Both the position numbers and the translations under genes were made by a program. A stretch of DNA of 52,871 nucleotides, filler included, from Porpidia crustulata (taxonomy: Eukaryota), in assembly GCA_964255105.1 (NCBI GenBank). It is 22 parts of 22 records of this genome, joined end to end, with 100 filler letters (N's around TTAATTAATTAA, not from the genome) between each part and the next. Parts side by side here need not be neighbours in the genome. Positions count along the whole stretch, not along the records: positions 1 to 2,499 come from CAXUWE010002425.1; positions 2,600 to 5,091 come from CAXUWE010002426.1; positions 5,192 to 7,681 come from CAXUWE010002427.1; positions 7,782 to 10,237 come from CAXUWE010002428.1; positions 10,338 to 12,758 come from CAXUWE010002429.1; 17 more parts are not named here. The stretch is one strand, 5' to 3'. The notes beneath the pieces were generated by a model. It saw only the letters and a list, made by a program, of their open reading frames with translations. It was not told where the DNA came from and made no database searches. Shown piece by piece: positions 1 to 11,176 of this stretch (positions are counted from its first letter, which is position 1; each line of letters opens with the position of its first letter).

Positions 1-723
1 ACCAAAGGTAGGTAGGTGCCCACGATTATGCCGACACAAAATATTGATTTTAGACTGGAATACTCGCTTCTGTGTGCGAAGATGAAAAACTAGTCTGAGT
101 GGTGTGAAAAGAAGAAAATCCCGAGGGCTTGGTCTAGTCCAAGCTCTCGTCCATGGTAGCTGATCAAAGTCAGTCTATCCGTGAATCATAATACGCAATT
201 TTACGTCCTTAACAAATTTCGGTTCGTTTACAATGTTTTTTAACACACTACAAAACACAAGCCCGTCTGCTTCTGCTTCAAACTACTACATTTAGATTAC
301 GGAATTTTCCTGAATGACATTCAGCGGAGTTCAGCAACTATGTGATAGCATAAATCCGTCGGATTCAAAGTCTTGACTACTCTCATATTATACGGTCTTT
401 CCGGACGACCTTCAGCCAAGTCAAGCGACTGTGCGACAGTGCTCTCTAGCAAGCACAGCTGACCCACCCAGATTAGTAGCCTAGCTTACCAAATTATCAA
501 TCAAAACAGTAAAATAGGCCTTCTGCCATCACTTTCTCCGCATCAGCCAGAGTGATATTGGCATACTCCTCAAAACAAACATCTCTGAGCCTGTAAGAAA
601 CAGTAGCGACAACGTTGCAGCACTCAATAATTTTGCCGATATACATCAAAAAAATTCTGTCGCACCCTCACTTAACACTCACGTTGGGTTGCGAGAGTAG
701 ATTCATCAAAGATCATTCGCACC

Positions 724-1848
724 ATGGCCTCTCCGAAGATCTCTGGCGATCAAGGTGATCATCCCTTCTTTGGTTATTTCAAAGATAACTTCCGGTACTG
801 GGAGGCTTTCGTCACTCCAGAACCAATCTCGAGCGATCTTCGAAGAAAGGTCCGCCTGGATCTCCAAAAACAATGGTACTCCGAGCGGCTTAATTATTTC
901 CGAAGGAGCATCCACGCAAATTGGACAAGACCTGGTTCCGAGGAGTTCCTTCTTGATAGCGAGCTCGGGGACATAGCTTCCCTAGAAAAAGCAAGGTTTT
1001 TTTGTAACAGACCGTCTGGATTTTATTGGTCCCAAGATATTCAACGGGCTGCAAAACGCGAAAGGTTTAGCAGTCCACCGACGGCTATCTTTGCAAGCAA
1101 ATTCAGCGAATGGTACAGGCAATACGACAATCAACCAAACATTGAGTTCGACCACTTCGTAGCCAACCCGATTCAAATAACTGAGCGTGGTCCAGATACG
1201 ATACGCGGGATTATCAGAGCGCATGTTTCACTCCATGAGAAAGCGAAGAAGATGCTGCACAACATAAACCCAGGGGAGACTACTTCCGGCCATTGTAAGC
1301 AACCGCGAGTTGAAGACTATAGAATTCACCCTCTTTACCAGGCCTTGATATTGATAGTCGATCGGCATGAGCTACGAGACCGCCTAGACGAGTTCAGGAG
1401 ACCAGATGGCTATATAAGACTTCAAGATATTGCACATTTCCAAAGCGTAATCATTGCTCGTACCGGAGTAGAAGAACAGCTGAGCGCTCCTGTCTCTTTC
1501 GAAAGCCTGCATGACAAGGCACTACCTTTAGAAAGGGTCGACTATGACGGTGAAGCAAACATCGACGTGATTCGGGTACCACTTCCAGATGCCGTTCGCT
1601 TTGTCGTCGATTTAGAAAAACGAGAGGACGCTGTTACCTATGACGAGATGGCTGCACCCAGTATTCAACGGAGCCTAGATATGAATTGCTGCAAAGTATT
1701 GATAACAGATGGAGACGTTTGTGACAACCGGTACAACTGGGCAGATCAGCATATCATCGCGGCCGAAAAGCATGGTTGCCAGCACTGTGACGACACTATT
1801 TACAAAGCTCCTCATCGACATCGCGCATGTCTGCTCAGTCGACGATAA
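724..1848 (+). CDS. Hypothetical protein, 374 aa, intronless
   Basis: Long uninterrupted ORF with a good start context (accATGG) and protein-like composition; Cys/His-rich C-terminus; no family recognised. Confidence 0.7.
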   Translation: MASPKISGDQGDHPFFGYFKDNFRYWEAFVTPEPISSDLRRKVRLDLQKQWYSERLNYFRRSIHANWTRPGSEEFLLDSELGDIASLEKARFFCNRPSGFYWSQDIQRAAKRERFSSPPTAIFASKFSEWYRQYDNQPNIEFDHFVANPIQITERGPDTIRGIIRAHVSLHEKAKKMLHNINPGETTSGHCKQPRVEDYRIHPLYQALILIVDRHELRDRLDEFRRPDGYIRLQDIAHFQSVIIARTGVEEQLSAPVSFESLHDKALPLERVDYDGEANIDVIRVPLPDAVRFVVDLEKREDAVTYDEMAAPSIQRSLDMNCCKVLITDGDVCDNRYNWADQHIIAAEKHGCQHCDDTIYKAPHRHRACLLSRR

Positions 1849-2499
1849 AGCTTCACCGTGACTTGATCAATGCACAGCAGATTGTCGATGTGACGCGCTT
1901 GACATGTTGAGATTTTGAAGTTAATCGAAGCGTTGGTGATGATTTAATGATGATGATGACAACGAGGGTTCAAAGGCAATTGCATCGCCCCATGCATCAG
2001 ATTTTCTTGAAAATTCGTACCCTGAAGTGCGATTTGGGTAAAATTGTGGATATCGCGAAGATCTGGTAGATTCTTAGGTAAATACGCCATATTTCCGCTG
2101 TTTCCACGACTTACGGTCCTACGATAACCAAATTTCGAGGTTTGATTACCCCTAATAACCATGTTGTGTGTAAACTTACCCCGGACATAGGGTTATGAAC
2201 TGCCACTTCCGATTGAGGAACATGTACAACCGCTTTCGCTCCACTCTGGAGATAAAAGTGTGGGGGGTGGGAGGTCGGAATGATAAGTGAGGTTGATGAA
2301 CTGGTAAATGTACATGAACAGGAATACAAAGGCCTTTTTCCATCTCGCGTGCTGTGTGCTTCCCCCCTCCAACGGCCTTGTGTACACGGTATTGATATGG
2401 ACATGAATGTAAAGACTTGTGGTAAAGCCCGGGGTTTTTTTTCTTTTCGATTTCGACCTGCGGAAGCAAACAACCTCACCGAATCAGTCTGGCCATCCT

Positions 2500-2599
2500 N
2501 NNNNNNNNNNNNNNNNNNNNNNNNNNNNNNNNNNNNNNNNNNNTTAATTAATTAANNNNNNNNNNNNNNNNNNNNNNNNNNNNNNNNNNNNNNNNNNNN
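2500..2599. other. Artificial contig-joining spacer (44 N + TTAATTAATTAA + 44 N); first of 21 identical spacers
   Basis: The same 100-bp unit with six-frame stops recurs starting at 5092, 7682, 10238, 12759, 15258, 17745, 20210, 22648, 25086, 27521, 29947, 32367, 34776, 37130, 39459, 41786, 44097, 46340, 48550 and 50738. Intervening contig lengths decline from 2499 to about 2030 bp. Confidence 0.98.
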
Positions 2600-3465
2600 G
2601 TATTGTAATGCACGGGCTGTGCATGTCTTCAAGGAGGGGATGGGGGGGTAGAGTTGAGGGATGCCTATAGCGGACGAGAGGGACTTAACATTCAGTAGAA
2701 GACTTGAAGAAGTACGCGTATGAAGTGAGCTTCCTCGCCGATTCAAAATACGTCTAGTCGAAAGACGAGATTCCCCATGTATACCTACTTAGTTCCTCAC
2801 TCCAAAAGACAACATCATCCATCTCCCACCTATTCGTACAAAGCCATCGCTAAGAATTCCTCCGACTTTCAAGTAAAAGCTCAATGCTTGATTGCTAGAG
2901 CACATCAATCTTCTGGTCGTGATTGGATACGGCTTCTCTTGTACCATGTGCAGATCCGATGAAAAAATGCAATCTACAGCTTTTTTATCTTGGAGCACGT
3001 GAACGTCTGTTTGGTATTCGGCTTAGATGAGGAGAGGATGAGCTAGGAAATAGTGAGGATTTACGGGGATGAGTTGATAGAGAAATCCAAACTGGGACGG
3101 GAGAGGAGGGCATGACTAATCCAATGTTGTACGCCATCGGCTTTAACGGGATGAAATCCGATATTCATCAACCAATAGAACCAACTCACTCTCTGCACGT
3201 GTTTATTCTTTCTTTCTACCTTCCCTGTCCGTCTCCAGCAAACATCCACCGGCGAGGGCAGGAAAGCACAATGTGACAAATGGGAACGCTGGAGCGTCAC
3301 CAAAGTCCAGATGCAGACCTAAGGGCAACGATGCCCGCTATCCCCGCTGTAGAGGCGAGATGGCGGAGAAGATCGTTCAGCTTTTCCGGCCATGTATGAC
3401 GCCGTATATATTGCTTCTGTCTGCCCGTCCCACAGAGAACACCAGCTATTCGGTAACCTACTACC

Positions 3466-5088
3466 ATGCACCTCTCAATTCTCGTTGGCCTCACCACTCT
3501 GGCTGCCGTTGGGTTGACGGCAGTCACACCGCGCAATGACAATGATCACCGCTACAACTTCGTGGCTACATTCAGCGTGGATGGTATGCATGGCAGTGAC
3601 GTGGAAAAGTACGTCGCGCTCAGACCCAAATCTACCATTGCGAAATTGCTCCAAAATGGATACGAATACACAAACGCCTTCACGACGTCGCCTTCAGATT
3701 CGTTTCCGGGAACCTTGGCCCAATTTACTGGTTCAGGCCCGAGAACCACCGGAGTGTGGTACGATGATGCATACGACCGTTCGCTTTATGCCCCAAAGAG
3801 TAACTGCCATGGTCCTCCTGGTGCTGAGAGTGAGTTTGATCTTTGAGACTTTCATCATCAAGCTAACAATGTCAGTCATTTATACCGAGGAAATCGACTA
3901 CAACTCGTCGGAGCTCTTCTCGGGCGGAATTAATCCAGCAAACCTTCCAATGAAGTTGGAGAATGGCAGATGCGTTCCTCTATACCCACACGCCCGCCTT
4001 CGCGTCAATACCGTGTTCGAGATTGCTCGGGGCAAGGGCTTGACCACGGCATACACGGACAAACACCCTGCGTATGACCTGGTTCGGGGGCCTTCAGGCA
4101 ATGGTCTTTCTCTAGGGTATAGAATCTAGCCATACGCCCCAAAGTTCTTGTGCTAAGAGAACAGATATTTCCCCGAAATCAATGCCGCCGACGGGAGTGT
4201 TAATGGCACAATTGAGTATGATAAATTACACGTCCAAGCTTTCCTTGACTGGCTTGATGGCAAGGACCCTGCAAACTCCGAGGGAAGCCTTGGCGGCAAG
4301 ATTCCTAACTTATTTGGAGGAAACTTTCAATGCAGTATGTCTGTTTCCTTCTGAATCGTGCTTTACTAACGTTACAAGTCAACGTTGCTGAAAAGATGTG
4401 TGGCTACGAAAAATTCCCCGGAAACCCCTTTACGCCCTGCCTTCTCTATGCCTACGATTTCATCGATGCCTCCATGGCCAAAATTGTGCAAAAATTAAAG
4501 GACAAGCGCATTCACCGACAGACCCTCATCATAATAGCCTCGAAACATGGCAATACTCCCATTGACCCCGCTCTTTACGGAAAGATCAACCCCGACCTCG
4601 TCATGAACGCCACAAAAGTAGAAATCCTTCAACAGACTTCCGATGACATTGCCCTCTTCTGGCTCAAGAATCAAAAAGACACCGCCACCGCCGTCGCCAA
4701 CCTCAACGCCGCCCGCGCCCCCCTCAAAATCATCGACATCATCTCCGGCCCGCAGCTCCCGGCTCAAGGCTTCGGCGACCCAGCTACTGACCCCGCAGTC
4801 CCCGACATCATCGTCTCCCCCCAAAACGGCATCATCTACACCACCAGCACCAAGAAGATTTCTGAGCACGGTGGCCTGCACGACGACGACAGGCACGTCG
4901 CATGCATCGTCAGCAACCCGAAGCTCAAGAAGACAAGGTACGAGCAGGTGGTCAGCACGACGCAGATTGGACCGACGATCTTGACGGCTTTGGGGTTGGA
5001 TGCTGGGAGTTTGCAGGGGGCGAGTGCGGAAGGGACGAAAGTCTTGACTGGGTTGGCGCTAGGGGAGGAAGGGGAGGTGGAGGAGTAG
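3466..5088 (+). CDS. Secreted alkaline-phosphatase-superfamily protein (type I phosphodiesterase/nucleotide pyrophosphatase-like)
   Basis: Four exons (3466-3829, 3876-4116, 4165-4334, 4379-5088) join in frame via GT-AG introns. Signal peptide MHLSILVGLTTLAAVGLTA; motifs FSVDGMH, PSDSFPG, IIIASKHG, SEHGG, TTQIGPTILTALG. Confidence 0.85.
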
Positions 5089-5191
5089 GGANNNNNNNNN
5101 NNNNNNNNNNNNNNNNNNNNNNNNNNNNNNNNNNNTTAATTAATTAANNNNNNNNNNNNNNNNNNNNNNNNNNNNNNNNNNNNNNNNNNNN

Positions 5192-5569
5192 CCCCAACAC
5201 CCGGGCCCAGACATCTTGATCCTCACATCCGCGCTCTTGGCCGCTGTGACGAATAGCCTCAACGTGGTTGGTTTCTGTGATGTCGAGGTCGTGGGGGAAT
5301 CTGAAGGCTGTAAAGGTGATTTTGGAGATGGGAGGGGAACAGCTGGACATGGAGGAAGTGGAGGAGTATGGAGCATACGACGGGCGGAAGGCGGATGCTA
5401 TGGGAACTGCGCTATACAAAGCCGCTGCTGGGGGATATCTTGAGATTGTGAACGCTTTGCTGAACCGGGGGCGGATAAAGGATTGTGCGATAGGAAGGGG
5501 CGGTCCGTGGTGGGCGTTGCAAAGGAGAGGGGGCACTTGGATGCAGTCAGGAGGTTGGAACAAGATTGA
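5192..5569 (+). pseudogene. Ankyrin-repeat protein C-terminal fragment, frameshifted (pseudogene or homopolymer sequencing error)
   Basis: GTALYKAAAGGYLEIVNALLNRG is a canonical ankyrin repeat. Adding one G in the G-run at about 5467-5471 continues it as ADKGLCDRKGRSVVGVAKERGHLDAVRRLEQD*. The 5' part is cut by the contig edge. Confidence 0.6.
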
Positions 5570-6009
5570 GAGGCCAGATCTAAAAAGGTTTTCACTCGGA
5601 ATCGTTTTATCACACAATAGAATCCGCACTTTCTTCTCAGCGGACTCTTTTAGGTAAAGCTTTACAACATTGGTGAATGAATTGTGGATCTGTGCTGAAC
5701 ATGGTGGGCACCGTATAGAAAAATTTAATCTCAATTTCGGATTTTCTTTTAACGAATTTTCTCAACACGAATGTACGTATGTGTAGAATATAAACATGCA
5801 TAAACCAGATTTGTAAATATGTAGCCATTCAATAATTGAATCCAATCGTTTATATTGGATCTCCCCTACTAGCGCCTCTTCTAGCCTGGCTTAATTTCGG
5901 TCGAAGTGTGAGCCCTCGGGAGAAATTGATACTTTAATGCCACTTTGCTTCATTCCACAACTCGTCGACGTATTTTGGATTTCCTAGCTTTACAGTCTAG
6001 AAATTCGGA

Positions 6010-7174
6010 ATGAATACGCAGCTCTCTGTCCCGAACACCATAGGAAGCACTCAATTTGATCCTGATGCCGTTTTCGAAGCTTGGCGACTTGGGCACAAAT
6101 CGCTCCCTCTACAGAATGACCTTCGATCCTCCATTATAATGACCTTCAGCCTGCCGCAGGACGACCACTATGAATACCATGCTATTGCAACTGTCACACT
6201 GTCACAGACGCAAACAGCTATTCTATCTGGCGGGAAAAATGGTTTACACAATTGGTACCTAGACGACAATGGCCAACCGGTATAGCTACTCCAACCTATC
6301 TGTCATAGTCCGATAGCTCTTTGACTTCTCGACGGTCTGATTGCTATGATGAGATATTTTGTAGCTTCCCCCACCGCCTTCTGCAGATGTCATTGCGTAC
6401 ACCTCAATCTTTGCCCCCAACACCTCGACATCAAAATTACTCACAAGCTTAAGCTCGAATGCGAAGAAAGGCTCAACCCGTGCAAGTATCGCGGAATATA
6501 TCCAGTCGCAGCGACTCCTACCTTCAAATTATGTCGTTCCCAGGTCAAAGACGCATGTCAATCCTTACTACGACTTTTGGTGTTGGTCTTGCCAGAACTT
6601 GGAATGGGCAGGCCCAGACCAAGGAACAGTGAAGGTCAGAACAAGTCACCATATACTGCCTATCTTCATGCATCACTTTGGGTGTGTCGTCCCCAGTTAT
6701 GAAGCTCTTGAAATTATCAAACAAGTCTCACGGGGTAGGAGTATAATCGAGATTGGAAGCGGTAACGGATATTGGGCATATATGCTTCGACGTCATGGTG
6801 TAGCTGTGACAGCCGTCGACAACATGCATAGCGAATATCGGACTACGTGGGTTGGCGACACTGTTATCAACGACGGAGAGAAATACCTCCGAGGCGCGAA
6901 AGCCACCAAAGATGCGGTCTTGCTACTTGTGTACCCTGTCGTGGGCTTGGACTTCACCTCGAAGATATTGCAAGCCCATACTGGCGATACGATATGTGTA
7001 GCTGGGACACAAAACCGAAACGGATACACAGCATTCAAGGACATGATGATTGATGAGTATATCATGGCAAAGAAGGTAGGGTTCCATAAGACAGTGCAGG
7101 TAGCCTTGCCTTCTTTCGCCGGTAAAGACGAAGCTCTCTTTATATTCGAGCGTCGAGCTATCGAAGGGGAGTAA
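6010..7174 (+). CDS. Fungal protein with class I SAM-dependent methyltransferase-like C-terminal domain (about 359 aa)
   Basis: Exons 6010-6279 and 6365-7174 join in frame (intron GTATAG...GTAG). Motif I-like IIEIGSGNGYW followed by VTAVDN. Confidence 0.75.
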
Positions 7175-7788
7175 TTCTCATTGGAAAATGAGCAACAGTT
7201 AATTTTTTTCTGCGTTCATTCATGCCTCCTAATTATCATTTGTTCAATACAATCGAACATTCATTGCTGCCTCGTTACTGAGTTATCGGTCATCAATATT
7301 GAACAGTTTCTTCAATTGTACACTTTGAAATTCTAATCTTCCATATAAAATAACCAATTCTCTTCTATCGCGAGGCCGGAGTCTAACGCACACTCATGTT
7401 ATTCTTACATCGTGATTGGGCAGGGGCACCAGCTTCTTTTCGTCATGCTATGAGTCTATGACGTACACGAGCCTTGTTGTGCCGTAATGTCGAGTTACAT
7501 CATCAGGAGCTCAGCTATCAACGCGCTTTTAGTACACGTTTATGTGGAATCGATCACGCGTTCAAAACCTTGAAGAACCCATCTTATCATCTTATCCTCA
7601 AAACATAATACCCCAAATCTGCACTTTTCCCATAGACGTCAATTTCCGTGATCTACACTCCTCCACAAAACACCACACCACNNNNNNNNNNNNNNNNNNN
7701 NNNNNNNNNNNNNNNNNNNNNNNNNTTAATTAATTAANNNNNNNNNNNNNNNNNNNNNNNNNNNNNNNNNNNNNNNNNNNNTCGGGTT

Positions 7789-7834
7789 TGGGGTGTGCAC
7801 GGGACCGGAACGTGCACGGGCCCGGGAATACTCC
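7789..7834 (-). mobile_element. Putative DNA-transposon terminal inverted repeat (46 bp), copy 1
   Basis: Reverse complement of GGAGTATTCCCGGGCCCGTGCACGTTCCGGTCCCGTGCACACCCCA, identical to the copies at 20159 and 29899; lies at a contig edge; flanked by TAA. Confidence 0.75.
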
Positions 7835-7848
7835 TAACCCTAACCCTA
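7835..7848. repeat. Short interstitial telomere-like repeat (TAACCC)2TA
   Basis: taaccctaacccta directly abuts the element end. Confidence 0.6.
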
Positions 7849-8329
7849 GAATGAGTGGTCCGCTCAGGGGTGAGAGCTTGGAGCCTGATTGTAACGTGCA
7901 ACCCTACAACTGTTCAAAACGCCCGAGCACTAAAAGCAAAGTGTCTATCTCTCTATGTATGTAGATAAAGTTCGTCAAATAGAGAGCTGGAGTGTAAGAT
8001 AGATTGCCTGTCATTGATCATCCTCATCGCTGTGTTCAGAAGATCGAGAAATATCTATTACTTGCCCAGAGGATTTTGAGTGGTTCACCGAGTATAATTA
8101 CATCTAGTACGCGCAATCTCGCGACGGCCGTGATGATACGTATTCTAGGGAATCGGCTCCTCCGATATGCACTTTTTGAAACCAAGTGCAGCTGTTTGGG
8201 GAAAATACTGAGTTTTCCTCAAGATATCTACTCGGGCGATTCGGGTGGCCTGGGAGCCTTGTGTCATGTCTAGAAATACTGCTACAATCCTCGACAATCT
8301 CACAACGCGGACATCAAAATAAAACATCT

Positions 8330-9030
8330 AGGCTCATCAAGTAATCACATCCACTCTATGATTCTTGTGCATGAACGAGACAGCGTCGGTCCGAAATTCG
8401 GTGCCGCGTTTCTCGACCGTCAATGCCATCGTCAGAATTGACTCTACCCGGGCTTCTCCCTGGTCTCGAAATCTCCTGTTCGACCGCTGCTCTCAGTCGT
8501 GCGATCAACGCTCTTTTGAAGACCCTTGATAACGAGAAAAGCTCCAGATCGATGGCCTGGCAAAGCCAACAGCATGTGTGAGGGAATTGATTAATAGCCG
8601 ACGGACAATATCACGGAAAAGAGTATCCATGGAAGACCTCAGTCAGAGCTGACCTGCTGCGGCATATGTCTCCTTGACACTGAATAGTCCATTAGGGGGC
8701 TTCAGTAAAATGAGTGGATGGCTCCCATTTGTACGGCATGCCGACGAGATCCTTGGCCTCACTGAAAATGGACATGGATCAGCCGATCCTGAGGATGATG
8801 GCAATGTGTTATCTTGCCAAAAATATCAATCTTGACGCTCCTACTTCGATCAATGACCCAATCCCGGCGATACTCAAGACGCCAGTGCTATTGGGCCACG
8901 GAGACTGCGACGAGGAGGTGAGGTTTCAAATAGGTAGGCAAGTGGCCAAGACTTTGACCGGGCTAGGAATGAACGTGGAATCCAAATCTATAAAGGCCTT
9001 GATTAGTGGTATAAGGACCAGAGCCACTCG
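8330..9030 (+). pseudogene. Degraded phospholipase/carboxylesterase (acyl-protein thioesterase-like) gene
   Basis: Remnants HIHSMILVHERDSVGPKF (cf. HTHTIILLHGRGSNG), MEDLSQS* (decayed GGLSQG nucleophile motif), PLGGFSKMSGWLP and LKTPVLLGHGDCDEEV...LTGLGMNVE; stops and frameshifts lie between them. Confidence 0.65.
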
Positions 9031-10124
9031 ATCGTTTCACTAAAAATCCTCCGGGAAAGATGGGGGACGTCAGTCCGCAGCTGGTTTGAAGCAAGGGTAG
9101 AGGATATTGGAGAACAGAGGACTTTAATCGCCATAACCCCCGAGGCCAGTGAAGTTGATCCGGAAATCGCTGAGCAACGTACCTGACATTGGTCTATAAA
9201 TCATAAGCACTTTCTTCCATCATAAGCATTAGATTTGCAAGAGCACATTTCACCTTTGAATAGCGCTTACCCAAACGCATCAAGCTCTAACTCTTTCAGC
9301 AGATTCGCTCGATACCACGATTTGTTGAACAGCTTCTACAGCAGCGCAAATCTAAAAGCCATCTCGTGAGGATTCCGATACGCAGTAGACAAGGCAAGAA
9401 ACCTCGGACGTTACCTTTTCAAGCGTCTACTTGATCTTGTGAATATCTCTGCAGACAGTTGACTAACTCAAGAAGTCGAAAGCATTCGTTTTTGAACTAC
9501 TTTGATGAGTTATGAGGACTTCATCTCAATACATCCTAACGTAGGGAAGTGCGAGAAAGTTGGAAAGTTGTGTCGAAGCATCACCAACTAAGTACTTGAA
9601 ATCCCCGATGTCTTCGAGCCATGAGTGATAACGATCGCTCCGACAATCAATATCGCATCGTGAGTATCAAGTCTTTAGTATCCAGTATACTTTTCTGCCT
9701 TCAGGAAATTTCCCATTCCAGAAGCTCTGAAACTAGATGTGAAAACCCCATAGTCGAAAAGCAAAACTCGGAAGCATATACGATAACCTTCGTCACTGAT
9801 ACATATTTTGTTGTTGCTTTTGCTCTTGTTATCTGTCGCCAAAACCGATCAATCAAGAAAGGATATATCGTTGAAATAATGCAATGACCTTATGGTCCAC
9901 TCAGGCTCGAGAGTGTATTGCTTACTATTGCCGTGCATATTACGGGACGAGCAGAGGGGTTCGTCATAGCGTCGACTTTGACATGTGGAAAGATCAATGG
10001 CAAGGTGCGTGTCTTGAATATTATATTTGCAAAGAGTCGAAGCATGCATTTATCGCCACAGATCTCCCTTCACCAGTCCAATCTAGAACATACCTAAGAA
10101 AGATTACACATGGAAATCCCGGGG

Positions 10125-10157
10125 CCTCGACTTCACTTTGCCCCTCGACTTCACTTT
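10125..10157 (+). repeat. Tandem 15-bp direct repeat CCTCGACTTCACTTT (18-bp period), possible transposon terminus
   Basis: Two exact copies at 10125-10139 and 10143-10157, about 80 bp from the contig end. Confidence 0.55.
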
Positions 10158-10337
10158 CCCCCTTCCAAATTCCAAATCACCACTTCTTCCACTTCAACAA
10201 TCCTCCAACCCAACCCCGCGATATCCCTCCACCACCTNNNNNNNNNNNNNNNNNNNNNNNNNNNNNNNNNNNNNNNNNNNNTTAATTAATTAANNNNNNN
10301 NNNNNNNNNNNNNNNNNNNNNNNNNNNNNNNNNNNNN

Positions 10338-11176
10338 ATACTCTTCCCGATAACCAGCACATTCGGCACCGTGCGCCGGCCTGTGCTCTTCTCGAGATGT
10401 TTTTGCAGTTGGGCGCCGAGGGGGTGGGTGTCGAGTTCGACGACGTAGGGCGCGGGGACGATGGTGTATTTTTTGAGGAGGATCTGTTTGGCTTTGCGGG
10501 AGTAGGGGCAGTGGGACTTGGAGAAGATGATGACTGCGGCGGGGGTTGGGATTTGAGGGTTAGTTTCTGCGTGTGCGATGGGTGTGGGTTTCGACACCAG
10601 GCGCATGGGTTACTTACTTGGTCCTTTCTTGAGAATACTGTTGAGCTCAATTTCAACGTCGTGGTCTTCCTTTGTTTCCGCCTCGTCTTTCTTTCCTTCT
10701 CCCTTCTTCTCCTCCATCGCTGCCTCTTTCCCTGTCGCCATATCCCACTTCTCCCCGCCTTTCATCTTTTTCCTGCCCGCTACAGTCTTCTCCCCCGCTG
10801 ATGCTTCGCCCGTAACTTTGGGGGAAGGAACCGCGGACTTGGCGCCTTCGGGTAACATGGGTTTTTGTGCACCTTGCTCACCAGCTATCTGTGCGGCTTC
10901 GTGTTTGGCGGCATCGAGCTTGTGAGAGATCTCTTGGTCCGACGCTTCTTGTCGGTGTAAAGCGGCGACGGTGGTGGAGTAGAAGTCTTGGGATTTGGTG
11001 CGGCGTGCGTCATTCTATTGGAAAGGAGCCAGGGGGTCAGTCATGGGTAAATTTCGGGGGAGCGGAGAAAAATGTGCGACAGAGACGGAGAAGAAACGAA
11101 CAGTGAAAAATATAATTATAAAGACGAGAAGAGCCAGTGCTATGCCAAGCACTTTGACTCGGCGTGTTGAAGGCAT
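10338..11176 (-). CDS. Monothiol glutaredoxin with N-terminal membrane anchor (Grx6/Grx7 type), 3' truncated
   Basis: Exons 11176-11102, 11014-10618 and 10533-10338. N-terminus MPSTRRVKVLGIALALLVFIIIFF; active site IIIFSKSHCPYS; TGRRTVPNV. Confidence 0.88.

Noticed and set aside
2544..2555. TTAATTAATTAA recurring every 2.2-2.6 kb as a biological repeat or CRISPR-like array
   Set aside because: It is embedded in fixed N-runs and is a six-frame-stop linker added during contig concatenation.
4495..4984. Long antisense or alternate-frame ORFs over GC-rich genes (e.g. 4495-4896, 4643-4984, 30285-30923, 46634-47197)
   Set aside because: These are shadow ORFs produced by the codon bias of the real genes.
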